Origin: Epiperipatus broadwayi
Taxonomy: Eukaryota; Animalia; Onychophora
Length of the DNA stretch: 64,000 nucleotides
Reading direction: 5' to 3'
Assembly: GCA_028023455.1 (NCBI GenBank)
Contig: JAQFVV010000005.1
Span: 17,360,001-17,424,000 of the forward strand
Positions 52,279 through 64,000 of the stretch are shown piece after piece. A program made the position numbers and the translations under genes. Numbering within the stretch: position 1 is the first letter of the stretch; every line of letters starts with the position of its first letter. The notes beneath the pieces were generated by a model. The model saw only the letters and a list, made by a program, of their open reading frames with translations, had not been told where the DNA came from and searched no databases.

Positions 52279-52494
52279 ATTAGCTTAATTACCTTGTCCT
52301 ATACAAATTAGCTACAATGATAAAAATGTACAGAGTGGGCATAGGAAATATATATATATATATTGTTGAAATGTTGGAAATTAAAACAAAATAATACTCA
52401 ATATAATCCAAATAAGACTTTATCTTTATTATATAACTGAGAAATATATATTGTAATGTGATCCCTTCTACACACCATGATGAGAATGCACTTG

Positions 52495-53075
52495 ATTAGC
52501 TCATTAGCTTATATAGTCATATAGGTCTGAACTCAGTTCAGTAATTATACATTTTGGTGACTTTGGTTCTTTAATAACCATAGCCACTACTATCCTATTA
52601 GACAGGATTGGTTTTAAGCCAATAAACATCATATGATCACCATTTCTTATGCTTGCTAATAACCGTTATTAAAACAGGCAAAATTCTCTATATGTATTGA
52701 GTTCAGACCTATATGACTATATAAGCTAATGAGCTTGGATTAAAAATATTTAGGGTTTTCAATTTAAGACTCATAGTTTTGTAGTTAAGTAGAGATAAAA
52801 GGTGTCTGCTGGAGCATTGCATTAGATCCTAAGACCTAGGTGTAGTGCTCTTAGATCCAAGGCTCCTCACTGACGAAGGCCACAAGCCAGAAACTAGTTT
52901 GGGGATATTGGATGAGAGGCACTAGATGGGGATTTTATGCACAAGCCTTCTGGCATCCATTGCTTACTCTGGCTTGCACTGAGTGCAATACGTATAGGGA
53001 ATTTTGCCTGTTTTAATAACAGTTATAAGCAAGCATAAGAAATGGTGATCATGTGATGTTTATTGGCTTAAAAGT
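52495..53075 (+). mobile_element. Hammerhead family copy with nested inversions; hammerhead at 52855-52913 (GUU site)
   Basis: Same stem I, core and stem II as 30315-30373 but gaaactagtt; arms 52605-52690 / 52985-53070 inverted; a 37-bp perfect inverted duplication of flank (52499-52535 / 52698-52734) abuts the element start. Confidence 0.85.
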
Positions 53076-53879
53076 AATCATACTGAGGGACATTAAGCTT
53101 ATTACTGATAAAGCTTACTTAACACAATATTTCATGCTCATCATATGGACAGAACTCATGATACCTAAGGTGACTAGAATATCTATTAGTTCTGACAATT
53201 GTTAAAGACCAAGAACAGCACTGCTGGCAACCTAAATTTAAGCTTACAACCTTTGAAGAGATCCCATTATCTCTGGATCATAGCTTGCATCTCAAACTCA
53301 TTAGTAATATTACATTACTTAGTTAACTTGATGAATGAGGCAAAACAGATTTAACAAAAACAATAACAGTTTTATTCTGGTAGTAACAATCCAAGTTGTC
53401 TTTATAACTTCTCAAACCCTTAATATTACAGCCCTTGTAAAGGCATTGGCATCATTAAGTAACAATAGTATTATTTTTAGTTTATTTTCTTTTAGAAAAA
53501 ATTAATATTTTATTATCCAGATGCCACATCAAAATTGAAATTATTTACATGGAAAAAAAATAACAATCACATTAAAAAATAGATAACACATGCACAAGAG
53601 TAAACAGATTAATGTAAAAAAAGAAATTAATATTGGTTAAAAATTAACAATTGAAAAAGAATAACAAATATATATTTATATATGTTTATAAATATAATGA
53701 CAAAATAAATGATAACTCTTATTTTGAGTCCCATTTATTTTGTTCTTTGATTTTTGTCTTTCTCCACCCCCACACACACACCCCAAAAAACTGACGCCTT
53801 TGTCCAGTGATAATAATCCTTGTGAAGACTTTTATTTTGTTTCCCGTTTGTTCACAGCAATTTGAAATTTAATTCTCAT

Positions 53880-54330
53880 TCATGAGTTTAAAATGAGTTC
53901 TTAATCCTCTAGTTACTCCTATGCAGTATAATCACACAAATTTATCCATGTGGTTTTTTAGAAAAAAATATGGATTTTTCCAATTAACCAAAATAGGTCA
54001 TGGCATTATTTCAATGTTTAGTCTGTGTTTTGCTGGTTATTCTCAATAAATCTTTCTTTTCCTTTGATAAAGCACACTTATTCATGTATGACAGAGCTGG
54101 AATGGAGCAATTAAGTTTTTTTCTTTATGCTAGATTATGCAGGCTAAACACTTCACTTCCTTCTTCCATGAAGACTCATACAGTCAAGGCATGAACCGTT
54201 AAAATTTTCTCAAACCATCACCTATTTGATTTATAATGCATTCTTTCTTCTTTTATAACTTTTAAAGTGTATATATGCTCTCCGATAATTTTCACAAAAT
54301 GGAGACTGATTAGTTGACACAAATTTTTTT
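53880..54330 (-). mobile_element. Tc1-type transposase relic
   Basis: Minus strand FEKILTVHALTV*VFMEEGSEVF...IPALSYMNK resembles FQQDxAxxHxAxxVxxFxxExGxEVL...IENLWSxMK. Confidence 0.4.
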
Positions 54331-55339
54331 ATTATTGACAACCCTTTATAGCTTATCAAACTTAATTTCTTCAATACAACTCTCTATAAGGTATTAATTA
54401 ATAAACAACATAATTAAACACCTACCCTAAGACATTGTCAAGATCTGCTTTTTGATAAACACAGGAAGGACAACATCATGATTACTAATCACAATTGGAA
54501 ATAGAGAAAGGAAAAACAGAGAAAAAATGTTTATTCTGAAATACCACATTTTTATAAATTGAAAGTTAGTTAAAACAACTGTTATGGAATTGACAAATTT
54601 AATAAAATTGTTTTTCTTCCCCTCTCATTTTCCAAAGCTAATTTTTACAATCAGTTAACTAATTTTTTTTTTAAATTTGTTTTTTGTATAGAAATATTTG
54701 TTTGAGAAGATTTGTGAGGCTACACACACTTGAATATGACCGAAAACTTGGTTTTAGAAATAAAGTGTGCTTGATTATTAGCTTTTATATTTACATTTAA
54801 TGCAGGATGTAGCTACACATAGCTATAATATATATTCTCCTACTGATTTCAGAAAAGACTTTGCTGTTAATTGAAAGGAGACCCTTGATTCCTATTTAAA
54901 ACCTAAAGAAACTGTGCAAGCAAATGCCTAATGTTCACTCTATGTTTTTATCATTGCAGCTATTATTACTATGTAACTATGCATATAATAAACAAACATA
55001 GATGGACTGCTCACCAATATACATAAGAAAGAATAGTGAGTTTATTGGTTTTTTTACCCCGTTGTTTAAAATCAAGAAACATGATGATTTTTCTTCTAAG
55101 TCACCTGATAGTTTTTAACTATAATATCAGTTAAATTTTCTTGAAGGCATGATGATTATGTGCATAAATGACCCCCCCCCCCTTTTTTTTTTAAAACAGA
55201 CATTTATAATGATGATAGACAAAACTAAATTATGAACTTTAATCCTAGGAAGTCATAAAGTCACCAACAAAAGCAGTGATTGAAAGACAAAGATGGAGGG
55301 AGCTAAAAATTTCCAAGATGTGAATTCAGGATGCCATTC

Positions 55340-58045
55340 AATGACCTTTTATTTAGATACTTACAACTGCAGACCACTTTCAATTGAAAGAAGATTGCAA
55401 AAACAGGAAAAAGAACTATCTAATATTCAATGGGACATTATTAGATTTTATGAAATTAGAAAAAGAGGTGAAAAGACAATTGGATTTTAAAAATGGATAT
55501 ACATTATACTACAAAGAGACAAATACTGGATGCACAAATAAAATAGGGTTCATAATAAATAAAAAGTAGAACAACAACAATGGAGATTTATGTAATATCA
55601 GATAGAATGGCAAGAATAATTATTCAAATTACTGAAAGATACCAAATGCAAATAATGCAGGTTTATGCCCTAACAAGGTCTCATTGTGCTGAAGAAAACA
55701 AATTTTTATATGGATGTGGAAAGTGCTTTTGATCAGACTAAACAATATTTTTAAATTGTCATATGAGATTTTAATGCTAGAATTGGTAAATGATTGAAAG
55801 ATGAAAGTGCCGTATAGGTAAATTTGATTATGGTGATAGAAACGAGATATAGACTTAAAAAACATATTATGAACTCTTTATTTTTTTTATAAAATGCTAA
55901 GATCCAGCAGATTTGGATTACATTTTAATTAACAAAAAATACGTGTTTTAAAAAATAATATTCTCAATAGATTCAATACATAAAGTCATCATCAATTATT
56001 GAGATGAATGCAGTGATTATTGATTAGTGAGATGTAAGATATGTGTTAATCCAAAATTAAAGAGATGAAAACTATTAAGAAAGTCACTATTAATAGTTGA
56101 TATTTGTAATCCTCACAAAGACTCCAATGAATTTAAATTACATTTTAAAATATTAACAGACATTGAAGATGGTTCATGTTTGACTGAAATCAATGTGAAA
56201 ATAACTGATATGTTAATAAGAACTGTAACACAAGTATCTGGTATAAAAAAGCAGCAACTAAATAGTAAATTTTTTATTTATATAAGACAATGTATGACGA
56301 AAATAAGAAATAAATAAGTTTTTAAAAATGATCTATTAAGAAGAATTGAATTGAATAGAATTTTGTAAAATGATATAAGAAAAGATAATTATGAACTGGC
56401 AAGGAAAACTACAAAAGAGAATACAAAAACCCAAGTGTAAAACATTTTGGTGTTGGAAGGAATGTTATTTCCGCAATAAAAAAAAAATGAAATTATTATT
56501 AAAAAGAGAGATGATATTACAAAATGTGTGGAAGAGTTCTATAAAGCATTACGTAGTAATAAAAAAAAAAGGCTAATGGCTTTATTGCTCGGGAATTAAT
56601 AAGAAGTGTGAATTGTGATCACTAGAATCGATTCTGGGATCTCCTGATTCTGTTGGACATTCTAACAACTGCAACAAACCACACAGGACATGTAGTAATA
56701 AATAACAAGAAAACAAAGTATCTCCTATAGTTATTACATCTTTTGAATTGCTCTGCATTTTGAATAAAGAAATGAGTAAAAGCTCCAGGAAGTGATGAAA
56801 TTATAATTGATATCTTCAAAGAAGCAGGTGAAAAAATAAAAAAAATATTGGCAAAGTTATATACAAATATTTAAATAATAAAGACGTAGCAGATGATTGG
56901 AAGAATGATTTAATAATACAGATATTTAAGAAAGATATTAAAAATTACAGATCTATCAGTATTTTATCAGTTTTAAACAAAATCACTTAACTAGTAAACT
57001 CACATACAGTGAACTGTGAATTCTAACTACCCTCCTTCCCCCCAAAAAAAAACTGGATTTAAGTATGGAGAGAAGTTATAGAAAAAAACCAATGTTGCCA
57101 TTATGCTTTGGATTTTTTAAGTAAAGGCATTTAATTCTATAAGTACTTCTATGGTAATTAAAGCATTAGATCATCAAAATATAGACTTGGGACATTGCTA
57201 TATTCTGAAAAATACTTATCAAAATGCAACAGCGATGATTAGATTATATGGTGATTCTAAGAAGATTACCAAAACATTTTCCAGTACTTTTACAAAAATA
57301 TTTGGATGGAACCAAGATAGTACAATTAAATGGAACTTATTTAAGTCATCTAAATTTTGCAAATGATATAATTGTTTTTGCAAATAATATTTTAGAGCTT
57401 CATAAAATGTTACAAAAGTAACACTAAAAAAGAAAAGAAAGTAGGACTAAAGATAAATGCTAAAAAAAATGTTCAATGGACTTTTTCAGAAGAAAATAAA
57501 GATTGATAATCGTGAATTAGACAAAATTAACAGCTGCAAATACTTTGGTCTGATTTTTAACACAGACAAAAATATAAGAGATAAAATTAATCATAGAATT
57601 AAACTGGATGGAGTGCTTTTGTAGAAATAATTTAATAATAAAAGAAAATATGCTTGTTTTCATTTTTAATAGAAATGTTTTACTATTCTTATTTGAGGAT
57701 CTGAGACTTCGACACTTAACAGATGAATAGTAAAGAGACTTCAGGCAACCCAATGAAGTATGGAGAGATGGATCAAAATGAAATACATAGTGAGAGAACA
57801 AATAGGTATTACTGACAATATTGAAAAAAATTAAGAAATGGATTTGATAATAGATAAACAGCGGAAGTATTAAACTTGCAAAAAGATTATAAAAGACTTA
57901 AAATAAACCATATGTGAAATGGAAGGATGAAATAAGAAAGTTTGCTGGTGTGACGTGGAGAAGTGAGGCTAGAGATTGGAGACATTGTATAAACTTAGAG
58001 ATGTTCATACTGCAGTAGGTTAATAATGATTGTAAATAATGATAT
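55340..58045 (+). mobile_element. RTE-clade LINE, near full ORF span, heavily decayed
   Basis: APE motifs TYNCRPLS, WDII..EIRKRGE, IGFIINK; RT segment FNSISTSMVIKALDHQNID...ILKNTYQNATAMIRL; C-terminal W.DEIRKFAG..W; ends in a taataatgat-type tail. Confidence 0.8.
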
Positions 58046-58060
58046 TTCTTATTGAGCTAG

Positions 58061-60398
58061 TGTTATAGCCCAATTTACCTTTAAATAGTTGACTAGTCCA
58101 GATTCCATCTAATCTTGATTGGATTGAGCATTCATCATTATAGAACAATGGACGTATGAATAGATATTTGCAATAACAGATCACTAGGTGATAATGCTCA
58201 GTAAATCTGATTACTTTCATTAAGAAACGAGCTCTGATATAAATAGACAGTCCATTTGGAAGTATAGTCAGACAACAAATTACTGTTAGAGCTGAACAGC
58301 AGTGCGCATGTTGTCCACTATACGGCTAAAGCAGTGAGGCAAGGTCAAGCTAGAATTGGAGCTATCAAGATGCAGCTGGAAGTATTAGGTAAACCTAAAA
58401 GGGCATCTGAAGTCTTGTATGTTAACAGTCACATGGCAACCAAATACAATACCAATCCAACTTATCAAGGGTGTGGTATAGCAAATATTATTGCATATAT
58501 TTGTAAATATATATATCAATAAAATATTTAAGTGTATTTACATTAGTATGTGTTTGTTATATTCATAGATTTGCTGCTGTCAAAACAGTTTACTTTTGTA
58601 AATTCAACAGACTCATAAAACCTTCCCAAAATGAGCCAATCAACATGGATGGAGTGCTTTTCTCTATGCATACTAATCAAATTAAAAAAACCTGATTTAA
58701 AATTAGCCATATCTACAGATCTCAAATGTAAGAGATCTTATGAGCACAAGTAGCTTCTGTGCTTTTGGCTGAGCTTGGACTCTCTATTATCAAACTTTTT
58801 CTGCCCAAAACCCTTAACAATAATGCAGAGATATCATTTCAATCTATGCACACAAGATTAGAAGGAAAAAGCAAGAGATTTTACCACTAAGCTCAGCAAG
58901 CTTGCATTTAACTGCGACTTTAAAGACTTCTTAAATAAAGCAGCGAGAAATTATTTCACTTGTGGAATGAAATACCACAACTTTAAGATCAAACTGTTGA
59001 TGGATTCAGATATGACTAGCTGAATCCACAGTGATTCAAACTGCTCCATTAAAGAAAAATAGTCCCAAATGTCCACATCAGGATACAGTGTGTGAATAGT
59101 GTAAACCTATCAGTCATATAAAAACTGCTTGTTTTTTAAAAAACAACAACAAGTTACTCAGAAAAGAATGGAAGAATCTATTCTTGGACAATGTATAAAT
59201 TATGTGAGTGGCATACTGGGTTTGCAATATCCATTGTATCAAGAAGCACATGGACTTCCATCTTAGAGGGAAAGTGATGATTGAATATTAAGTAATCAAA
59301 TATTACTTTTTGGTCAAACAAATGTTAAAGTTACTGTGTGTCTAATAAAACAATTCATTTGTACCTTGTTGTGCCAGCTTATGAGCATGGCAATTTATTA
59401 GACCATAACAGGTTCAATCACATGGACTTGACAGTGACTAAAGTGAATCAGCTCAACAATAATATCAAAAAGAATCTACCCAGAAGTGATTGATGATAAA
59501 CTGAGTTTGAATCTTAGGACAAACTTATCTGTCCAAAGATGCATTCAATATGGTCATGAAAACAAAAATATTAAATTACAGATATGCACACTAAGTTCTG
59601 TGTTGCAATTATAGTGGAACCAACAAATGAGTTGATCAAATTAAAAGAATTACAATCAGTGATTGTTCAAACAGCAGATGGACAGCAACACCACATGCAG
59701 AAAAAACAGCTAAGATTAAATTATGTCACCAGCCAAAAGGGAATTGTCACAAGCCAACAGTGAAGAGTCATAACCAGAAGTAATGACTCTACAAAGTTCA
59801 AAGTCATCAGATGTACAAATGAAGATACCAGACCCGCTAATGAAGTCATTGAATCTGATGAAACCAGGAAGAGACAAAGATGTTCACTAAAGCATCTCAG
59901 TAACTACATTATCCCGGGACTAGTTTTAGCCAGGGAGAGAGAATGTTATATAACTTAATTTATCTTTAACTAATGGACTAGTCCAGAACATTTATCACTA
60001 CGGACCAATGGATGTATGAATAGGTAAGATATATCCAATAGCAGAAACAGGCCAATAGATGATGATGCTCAGTAGAACCAATTGCTCTAAGGATCTGGCT
60101 ATAAATAGGCAGTCTATTTGCAGGTAAGATCACACAACAACAAATTAGTGCCAGAGCCGAACGGCATACACATGCAATAAGGTAAGTTCCTGCTAGAAAT
60201 GGAAGTGGATAGATCATAACTAGAAATGAAAGAAGCTGTAGCAGAACAGTTAGAAGTGTCACTATACCTACACAAGGCAAAATGTCACAATACAGCTGGA
60301 GGGGTTAGATAAACTTAAAAAGGCACATGAAGTCTCTTATGCGAACAGTTGACTGGTAATCAAATGCTATACTGAGCCAATGTATGAGGCGTATAACA
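58061..60398 (+). mobile_element. Ty3/gypsy derivative, internally deleted; LTRs at 58061-58483 and 59944-60398
   Basis: LTRs TGTTATA...TATA(G/A)CA; PPT cagggagagagaa before the 3' LTR; gag piece KLSKLAFNCDFKDFLNKAARNYFTCGM...KLLMDSDMT; CE*CKPISHIKTAC knuckle; integrase tail VQTADGQQHHMQKKQLR and RQRCSLKHLSNY; no matching TSD. Confidence 0.8.
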
Positions 60399-60519
60399 AA
60401 CATTAAAAATATAAATAATGCAGTTCCCAAATTGAAGCTCAATCTGTCACATCTAATGTGCAAATGTCAAATTACCTCTTAAAAAATTAACCATTCAATT
60501 ACTTTATCTGAACACAAAA

Positions 60520-61030
60520 GTTAACAATTACAAAATACTTCAATCAGATTATTAATATAGATGGAAGTATAATGGATAAAATTAATTGTAGAATTAAATT
60601 TATATGGAGTGTTTTTAATAGAACAAGCCTAATATTACTAAAAGAAAATATTACTATGAGATTGAAAGGGAGGTTTTAAGTAAAGGTTTTTTTCAGTTCT
60701 CACACATGGATCTGAAACTTGGGATACTTAAGAAAAGAGTCATAAATTTCATACTACACAACGAAGTATATAAAGAGATGTCTGTTGAAAGCACTAGAGA
60801 TAAAAAGCAAATATCTGTATGAGAAAATAATCAATTATCAGTGACATTAGAGAAAAGAAATTAAAAGGCTAAAATGGAGCTTGAGTGGACGTTCTAAGAT
60901 TGTAAAAGATCTAGAATAAAATCACATGAAAGTGTGTTGATATAAAAAAGAGAAGCTACGAATCGAAAAAGTTCCATTAAACTTGGAGAGACTGTCATCC
61001 TGCAATGAAGTAATAATGGTTGAAAATAAT
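60520..61030 (+). mobile_element. RTE LINE 3' fragment
   Basis: INCRIKFIW.VF..., LTHGSETWD, KWSLSG; similar to 57560-58020. Confidence 0.55.
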
Positions 61031-61083
61031 ACTGAAAAAAAAGCAGTAAATTTATATTTCTATAAATAAAAGATCATATCCTT

Positions 61084-61188
61084 GTTAAGTATTGGTGGTC
61101 GAGAGGTCAGCACAGCTGTTTACAAGCAGTTGTCCCGGGTTAGCAGGTTCGCTTCCTGGCCGATGCTATGATACATGGAAAAAAAAAA
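61084..61188 (+). mobile_element. tRNA-Gly-derived minimal SINE, copy 3, with a 16-bp TSD
   Basis: aaaagatcatatcctt at 61068-61083 and 61185-61200; body gttaa-GTATTGGTGGTCGAG...TTTACAAGCAG...GTTCGCTTCCTGGCCGATGC-tatgatacatgg-poly-A. Confidence 0.85.
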
Positions 61189-61379
61189 GATCATATCCTT
61201 ATAAGAAACTTTCAAGCAGAGACTTAATGAAGACTATCATCGAATTAATATACATTTTAAAGTTTTTATGTGGAATTGTCTACTAACTACCCCAAAAGCA
61301 GTCAAAGAAATGGGGGGAAAAAGTGGAGTTGGTATACATCTCTCTTTTATACCACTTTTCATTCTAGCAATGGTAATAA

Positions 61380-62060
61380 TACTTCATCTCATGCCATCAT
61401 GTAGCAACTGTATAATATGAATAAATTTCCATAAATGACAATGTTATTTTCAAACACTGCCAAAAACATAACTGATTAATTAAGTTAAATATTTTATTCA
61501 CATCAAATCGCACCTCATTCATTAATCTGGCAACTAAACCTATATCCATATAACTTTCTGACTCTCTTGAAAATTCTTTGAATCTCTCAATAATATCATT
61601 GAAAGTACTTTTGTTGCAGCAGTTGACAATAAACTTCCTAGTGAATTACTAAGATATTATAAATTTAGAACTGTATTCACAAAAAATTCAATAGTTTTGA
61701 AATTGACCTATTATTGGGAGTCTTTACACTTAAAAAAAAATACAAATAGCTACTTTATCTAGATATCTCTGTAAATTCTAAATAAGTTGGTGGGATAGAT
61801 ATGATATTAAAAGTAACCATCTGATTTCTTTTAGTCAAAAAATGATCAAAATGCTTCAACTGTTCAAAAGCTCACTAGTATTATGTAAAAGCTTGATACC
61901 TGATTTAGTAAGATTTTTCAGATTTATATGATTCTTTTAATATATCAAATAATATCAAAAGTGACTCCAATCTGCAAATAACTGCATCATCTTTGCAGTT
62001 CAAACCCATCAATCTTTCTTATGCCACTTTTTGTCAATTATTAATATTCTAATTTTAAAT
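61380..62060 (-). mobile_element. Possible decayed DNA-transposase relic (hAT-like)
   Basis: Coding-like composition with fragments such as FNDIIERFKEF; no complete motif. Confidence 0.2.
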
Positions 62061-64000
62061 CCTTGTATTGTTTATGAAATTACACATTCATTTTATTACC
62101 CATTCAAGCAGAATATGTAAAATTATTTTAAATCATTCATTACATTATAAAAAGCCTCATGGTATAGTGATTAGTGCAGCCATTACAATGTCAAGATCTG
62201 GAGTTTGAATCTGGCCAGTTAAATCTTTAAAAGTTTGATGTAAGCAGGCTTTGAATTTCACTTTTAGCAAACTATAGCCAATTCAATTAATTGCTCATAA
62301 TTGGTTGGTAAATAGGTGTCTAGTTATTATTTTCTTAACAATTAAAGATCTCAGGTTAGTCAAATGAGTACCAATTTTCTGATAAAAAAAAGTAAAAAAA
62401 AAAGGAAATGCAATTTTAATATGATACTTTTCTTTAGGTGGAAGATGTCACACTCTTATGTCTGCCAAGCATAACGTTAATTTTTACCCTTTTTCAATAA
62501 TAATTCCAATAACTACAAAATAAATAATAGAGTAACTTTATTGATCAGGAGTTCAAAAGAAGTTAAGTGTTGAAAGCAGCAGAGCAGGGTCATAATCTAA
62601 GAACTTTGAGCAGATTTGTATTCACTATACACCCCTTAAAAGAACTCCATATCTAAAAAATAGGACCATCTTAAAAATTAAATTTTATAATACTGGTATT
62701 ATTAATTCCTGCTGAAATTTAGTGCAAGTAATATTGCTTCTAAAGAATAAAAAGTCAAACTTGATAATATATGAATCTTGGGATCTATTCAATAATCTAC
62801 ACCAATGAGCACTAAGTAGTACCAATTTCTTTTAAATTTATATTCCTAACCATAACATAATCCATGAGATACCAATGGAAAAATTTTTCTGTGTAAACAA
62901 AATATTTACAATAGTCAATTCATGTTTCGTGCAAAAATTTAATAAAAGATCAATAGAATTCTCAGGGACAATATTATTTCCAATAATTGTGACCTGCAGT
63001 TCACTATTCCTAACATAAATATTAAAATTTATAAAAGAAAAATTCAGAATTTTATTGGTATTAGTGCAATAACATAATATAACAAGAAATAAAACCTTTT
63101 TCTTTTGAACTTAAACTTTGATAAAATTATTATTATGTAATCCAATTTTTAAAGGCATTAATTTTTAATTAAATAAATGGATTAATGCTCAGAAGTTCAT
63201 AAAAAGTTGGAAGAGTAGAAGTTACAGAGTGAACCATTATCAATGAACCTTGAGCTTTAGATATATCACTCTACCATTGCATTAAACAATCCAAAGTGGG
63301 GTTTGATACATCTAGAGTGCTTTGTAAACTATTTTCCAAAAATAATATAATCAGATATCTTTTCAATTAAATTTTCTTTGTCTCCAAGATGAGTTTTACT
63401 AAAAATAATTATAACAATTTAAAATTTTAACATCTTAAATATAAGTGTTGTATCGACAATATGACTTTCTCATAGGCTTATTTATATATTTCCAAGAACA
63501 GTTCTTTTGACTTTACTCTAAAATGATCTATTTTAAGCTTGAGTACTAATGGATATTAAATAGTACTTTGCTATAATATCACAAATGGTAAACTGGTTTC
63601 AGGCTTTTGCTTTTGACAGTGAGAGGTAAGATTCAAATCTGGAACTAATGCATTTATACATCTAGCAGCCACTATTTACTCCTTTATATGTACTACTCAA
63701 ATTAATAGTGTAAAATTAAAAAAAAACAACTTAATATTTTGAATTCAATCAATCTCATATATTTATTTATATCTAGCACTTGTGTAATAAAGTGTCCAAT
63801 GTTTATTCAAGTCAATAATAGATCGATCGCTCTGTAACAGAGTGAAAAAAAAACTGCTCCTAGAAATGAGAAAATCAATTATTAGAAGAGGATCTACAGT
63901 TGATATAAAACTGCAATTCTAAAATATATACATTGACCTGGTGTTAGATCTATATAAGTAAGCAAATGGGTTGATTTGAGTTGAAAACCAATTAGTTTTG

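Noticed and set aside
54000-54194. 64-aa ORF with a signal-peptide-like start (MALFQCLVCVLLVIL)
   Set aside because: Antisense to a Tc1-like transposase relic; no expression evidence
1-64000. CRISPR arrays, rRNA, operons, prokaryotic genes
   Set aside because: No repeat-spacer periodicity, rRNA signatures or gene-dense coding; the sequence is intron- and TE-rich eukaryotic DNA

Overview
AT-rich (by eye about 70% A+T) eukaryotic genomic DNA, most plausibly arthropod; this is inferred from splice signals and TE families only. There are no prokaryotic genes, CRISPR arrays or rRNA. The window is mostly intronic/intergenic sequence dense with decayed transposons. (1) An unidentified minus-strand host gene is visible through four mutually homologous phase-0 exons (39259-39333, 14994-15071, 14783-14860, 6462-6527; motif like P-S-Y-W-N-Q-x-D-x-Q-P...A-P-x-P) plus a 30-nt exon. 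(2) A young 6-kb non-autonomous LTR element (18801-24786) has 2.2-kb LTRs, an ATATAT TSD, a Lys-tRNA-like PBS, no pol and one 204-aa ORF. (3) A family of ~250-580-bp foldback elements carries a minimal hammerhead ribozyme (CUGANGA...GAAACUAGUC); one copy lies next to a Penelope-like GIY-YIG remnant. (4) A 4.1-kb composite at 45.5-49.7 kb has inverted repeats and a 14-bp direct repeat bracketing AT-rich tandem units and a nearly intact L1/Tx1-type RT. (5) Three copies of a minimal tRNA-Gly-derived SINE have an altered anticodon. (6) There are two internally deleted Ty3/gypsy elements plus RTE, Tc1, hAT and PLE relics. (7) A + strand TATA/Inr promoter candidate lies near 51.1 kb. All alignments were done by eye; no database search was possible.
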